Source of the DNA: a virus
Direction: 5' to 3' (one strand)
DNA: 64,000 nucleotides
Virus record (IMG/VR): IMGVR_UViG_3300031991_000112
The notes under the pieces were generated by a model, which searched no databases, was not told the origin of the DNA, and saw only the letters and a list, made by a program, of their open reading frames with translations. Positions 63,080-64,000 of the stretch are shown piece by piece. The position numbers and the translations under genes are program-made. Each line of letters opens with the position of its first letter. The first letter of the stretch is position 1.

Positions 63080-64000
63080 ATGCGTCCCACCGCTCTGTTC
63101 ATTGTTTTGTGTGTTTCTTCTTTCGCTTTTGGTCAGACGCCTAAGCCTGCCACCAAGCCGGTTTCAACCAAGTTTGAGTATCCGCTTGATTTGGCTAAGT
63201 TGGGCATTAGGTTGCCGACTATGGATGACTATCGCTTCCAACAGAAGCTACGTGATCCAGATACCATCTTCTACAAGCTGCCTATGGCGTGGCAGCATTA
63301 CATTCCACCGAGTCGTGTTGAACACAAGAACTTGACTTTGGGCACAGTCTCTTACTCACGAACTGAAATTCAGTGGGGAATCTACTACGCTTCTTACTTG
63401 AAAGAGTTCAATGCAAATATGGACTTTCCTTGGGAAGGCACCATTGGCTTAAACTCTTTGATCAAGGATGGCGACGAAGGTAAGACGATTGAAACCATCA
63501 ACTTCCTGATCTTGCCAAAAGATGACAAAGGGGAAGTCCAACCTGTTATTTTGATTTACGAGATTCCAACAAAATGGATTTTCCCCATCGGTACGATTGT
63601 CGGCGAGATCATTATGGTTCGTTACGACGACCGTTGGTGGGTTCAGGAAATTCGCTGTCGTGAGAAGAGCGACGATAGTCATGATTGGGAACCGATTGTA
63701 TATCGACCCTGTAAAAACCGAACAGAGCTAATGCAACTTCTGCACTTGCCTGCCGACTATCGACCAGCCAAAAAACACATGTTCTTCCGTAATCCAGAAG
63801 AAGATGAAGTCTTCAAGATGGAAGGATTGGTTGAGCGACTTCCGCATATTGCTCCCGATCTTGTGAAGAAGATTTTGTCGATGCCTTTCAAAGACGTGAC
63901 TTACGAGTCTTGGTCCGAGGTATCGACTGCACCCTGTAGTGACGAAGATTTCAGTATTCTTCCAAAGAACTACAGTTTCGGTTTGATCGCCCCGGATTCT
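63080..64000 (+). CDS. Secreted hypothetical protein, 3'-truncated (not in ORF track)
   Basis: MRPTALFIVLCVSSFAFG-Q signal peptide; frame open to the window end. Confidence 0.7.
   Translation, partial: MRPTALFIVLCVSSFAFGQTPKPATKPVSTKFEYPLDLAKLGIRLPTMDDYRFQQKLRDPDTIFYKLPMAWQHYIPPSRVEHKNLTLGTVSYSRTEIQWGIYYASYLKEFNANMDFPWEGTIGLNSLIKDGDEGKTIETINFLILPKDDKGEVQPVILIYEIPTKWIFPIGTIVGEIIMVRYDDRWWVQEIRCREKSDDSHDWEPIVYRPCKNRTELMQLLHLPADYRPAKKHMFFRNPEEDEVFKMEGLVERLPHIAPDLVKKILSMPFKDVTYESWSEVSTAPCSDEDFSILPKNYSFGLIAPDS

Noticed and set aside
1-64000. tRNA, tmRNA, rRNA or CRISPR array
   Set aside because: No T-loop/CCA cloverleaf or regularly spaced direct repeats were seen in the intergenic regions by eye; tRNAscan and CRISPR finders were not run.
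1-64000. Alternative genetic code (stop-codon reassignment)
   Set aside because: Conserved genes are full length under code 11, and TAA, TAG and TGA all terminate genes at expected positions.

Overview
Gene-dense (~85 CDS) segment that reads as a large T4-like/jumbo bacteriophage genome rather than a cellular chromosome. It carries a T4-type replication/recombination set (RecA/UvsX, gp32-like SSB, UvsY-like mediator, DnaB/gp41-like helicase, gp4-like nuclease, dNMP kinase, thyA, folA, dCMP deaminase, thioredoxin), an N-terminal-only dnaE, a minimal family-A polymerase, a sigma-like protein lacking region 4, and many small ORFans. Host-type accessory genes are abundant: a prkA-yeaH-spoVR operon, hldE, pyrB, coaB, a coaC-M23 fusion, and a ~15 kb envelope module (two SBP-OmpA fusions, secreted vWA, 2-TM helical protein, PspA/IM30, NitT/TauT-type ABC transporter, AAA+ ATPase). 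Direct reading also shows two recurring promoter classes, a set of near-leaderless genes with T4 capsid-targeting-like N-termini, three small lipoprotein genes (two missing from the ORF track), and three structured non-coding regions. No tRNA, rRNA, CRISPR array or transposase was recognised. All family calls come from motif recognition by eye; no searches were run. The host is undetermined, but the envelope genes imply a diderm bacterium.
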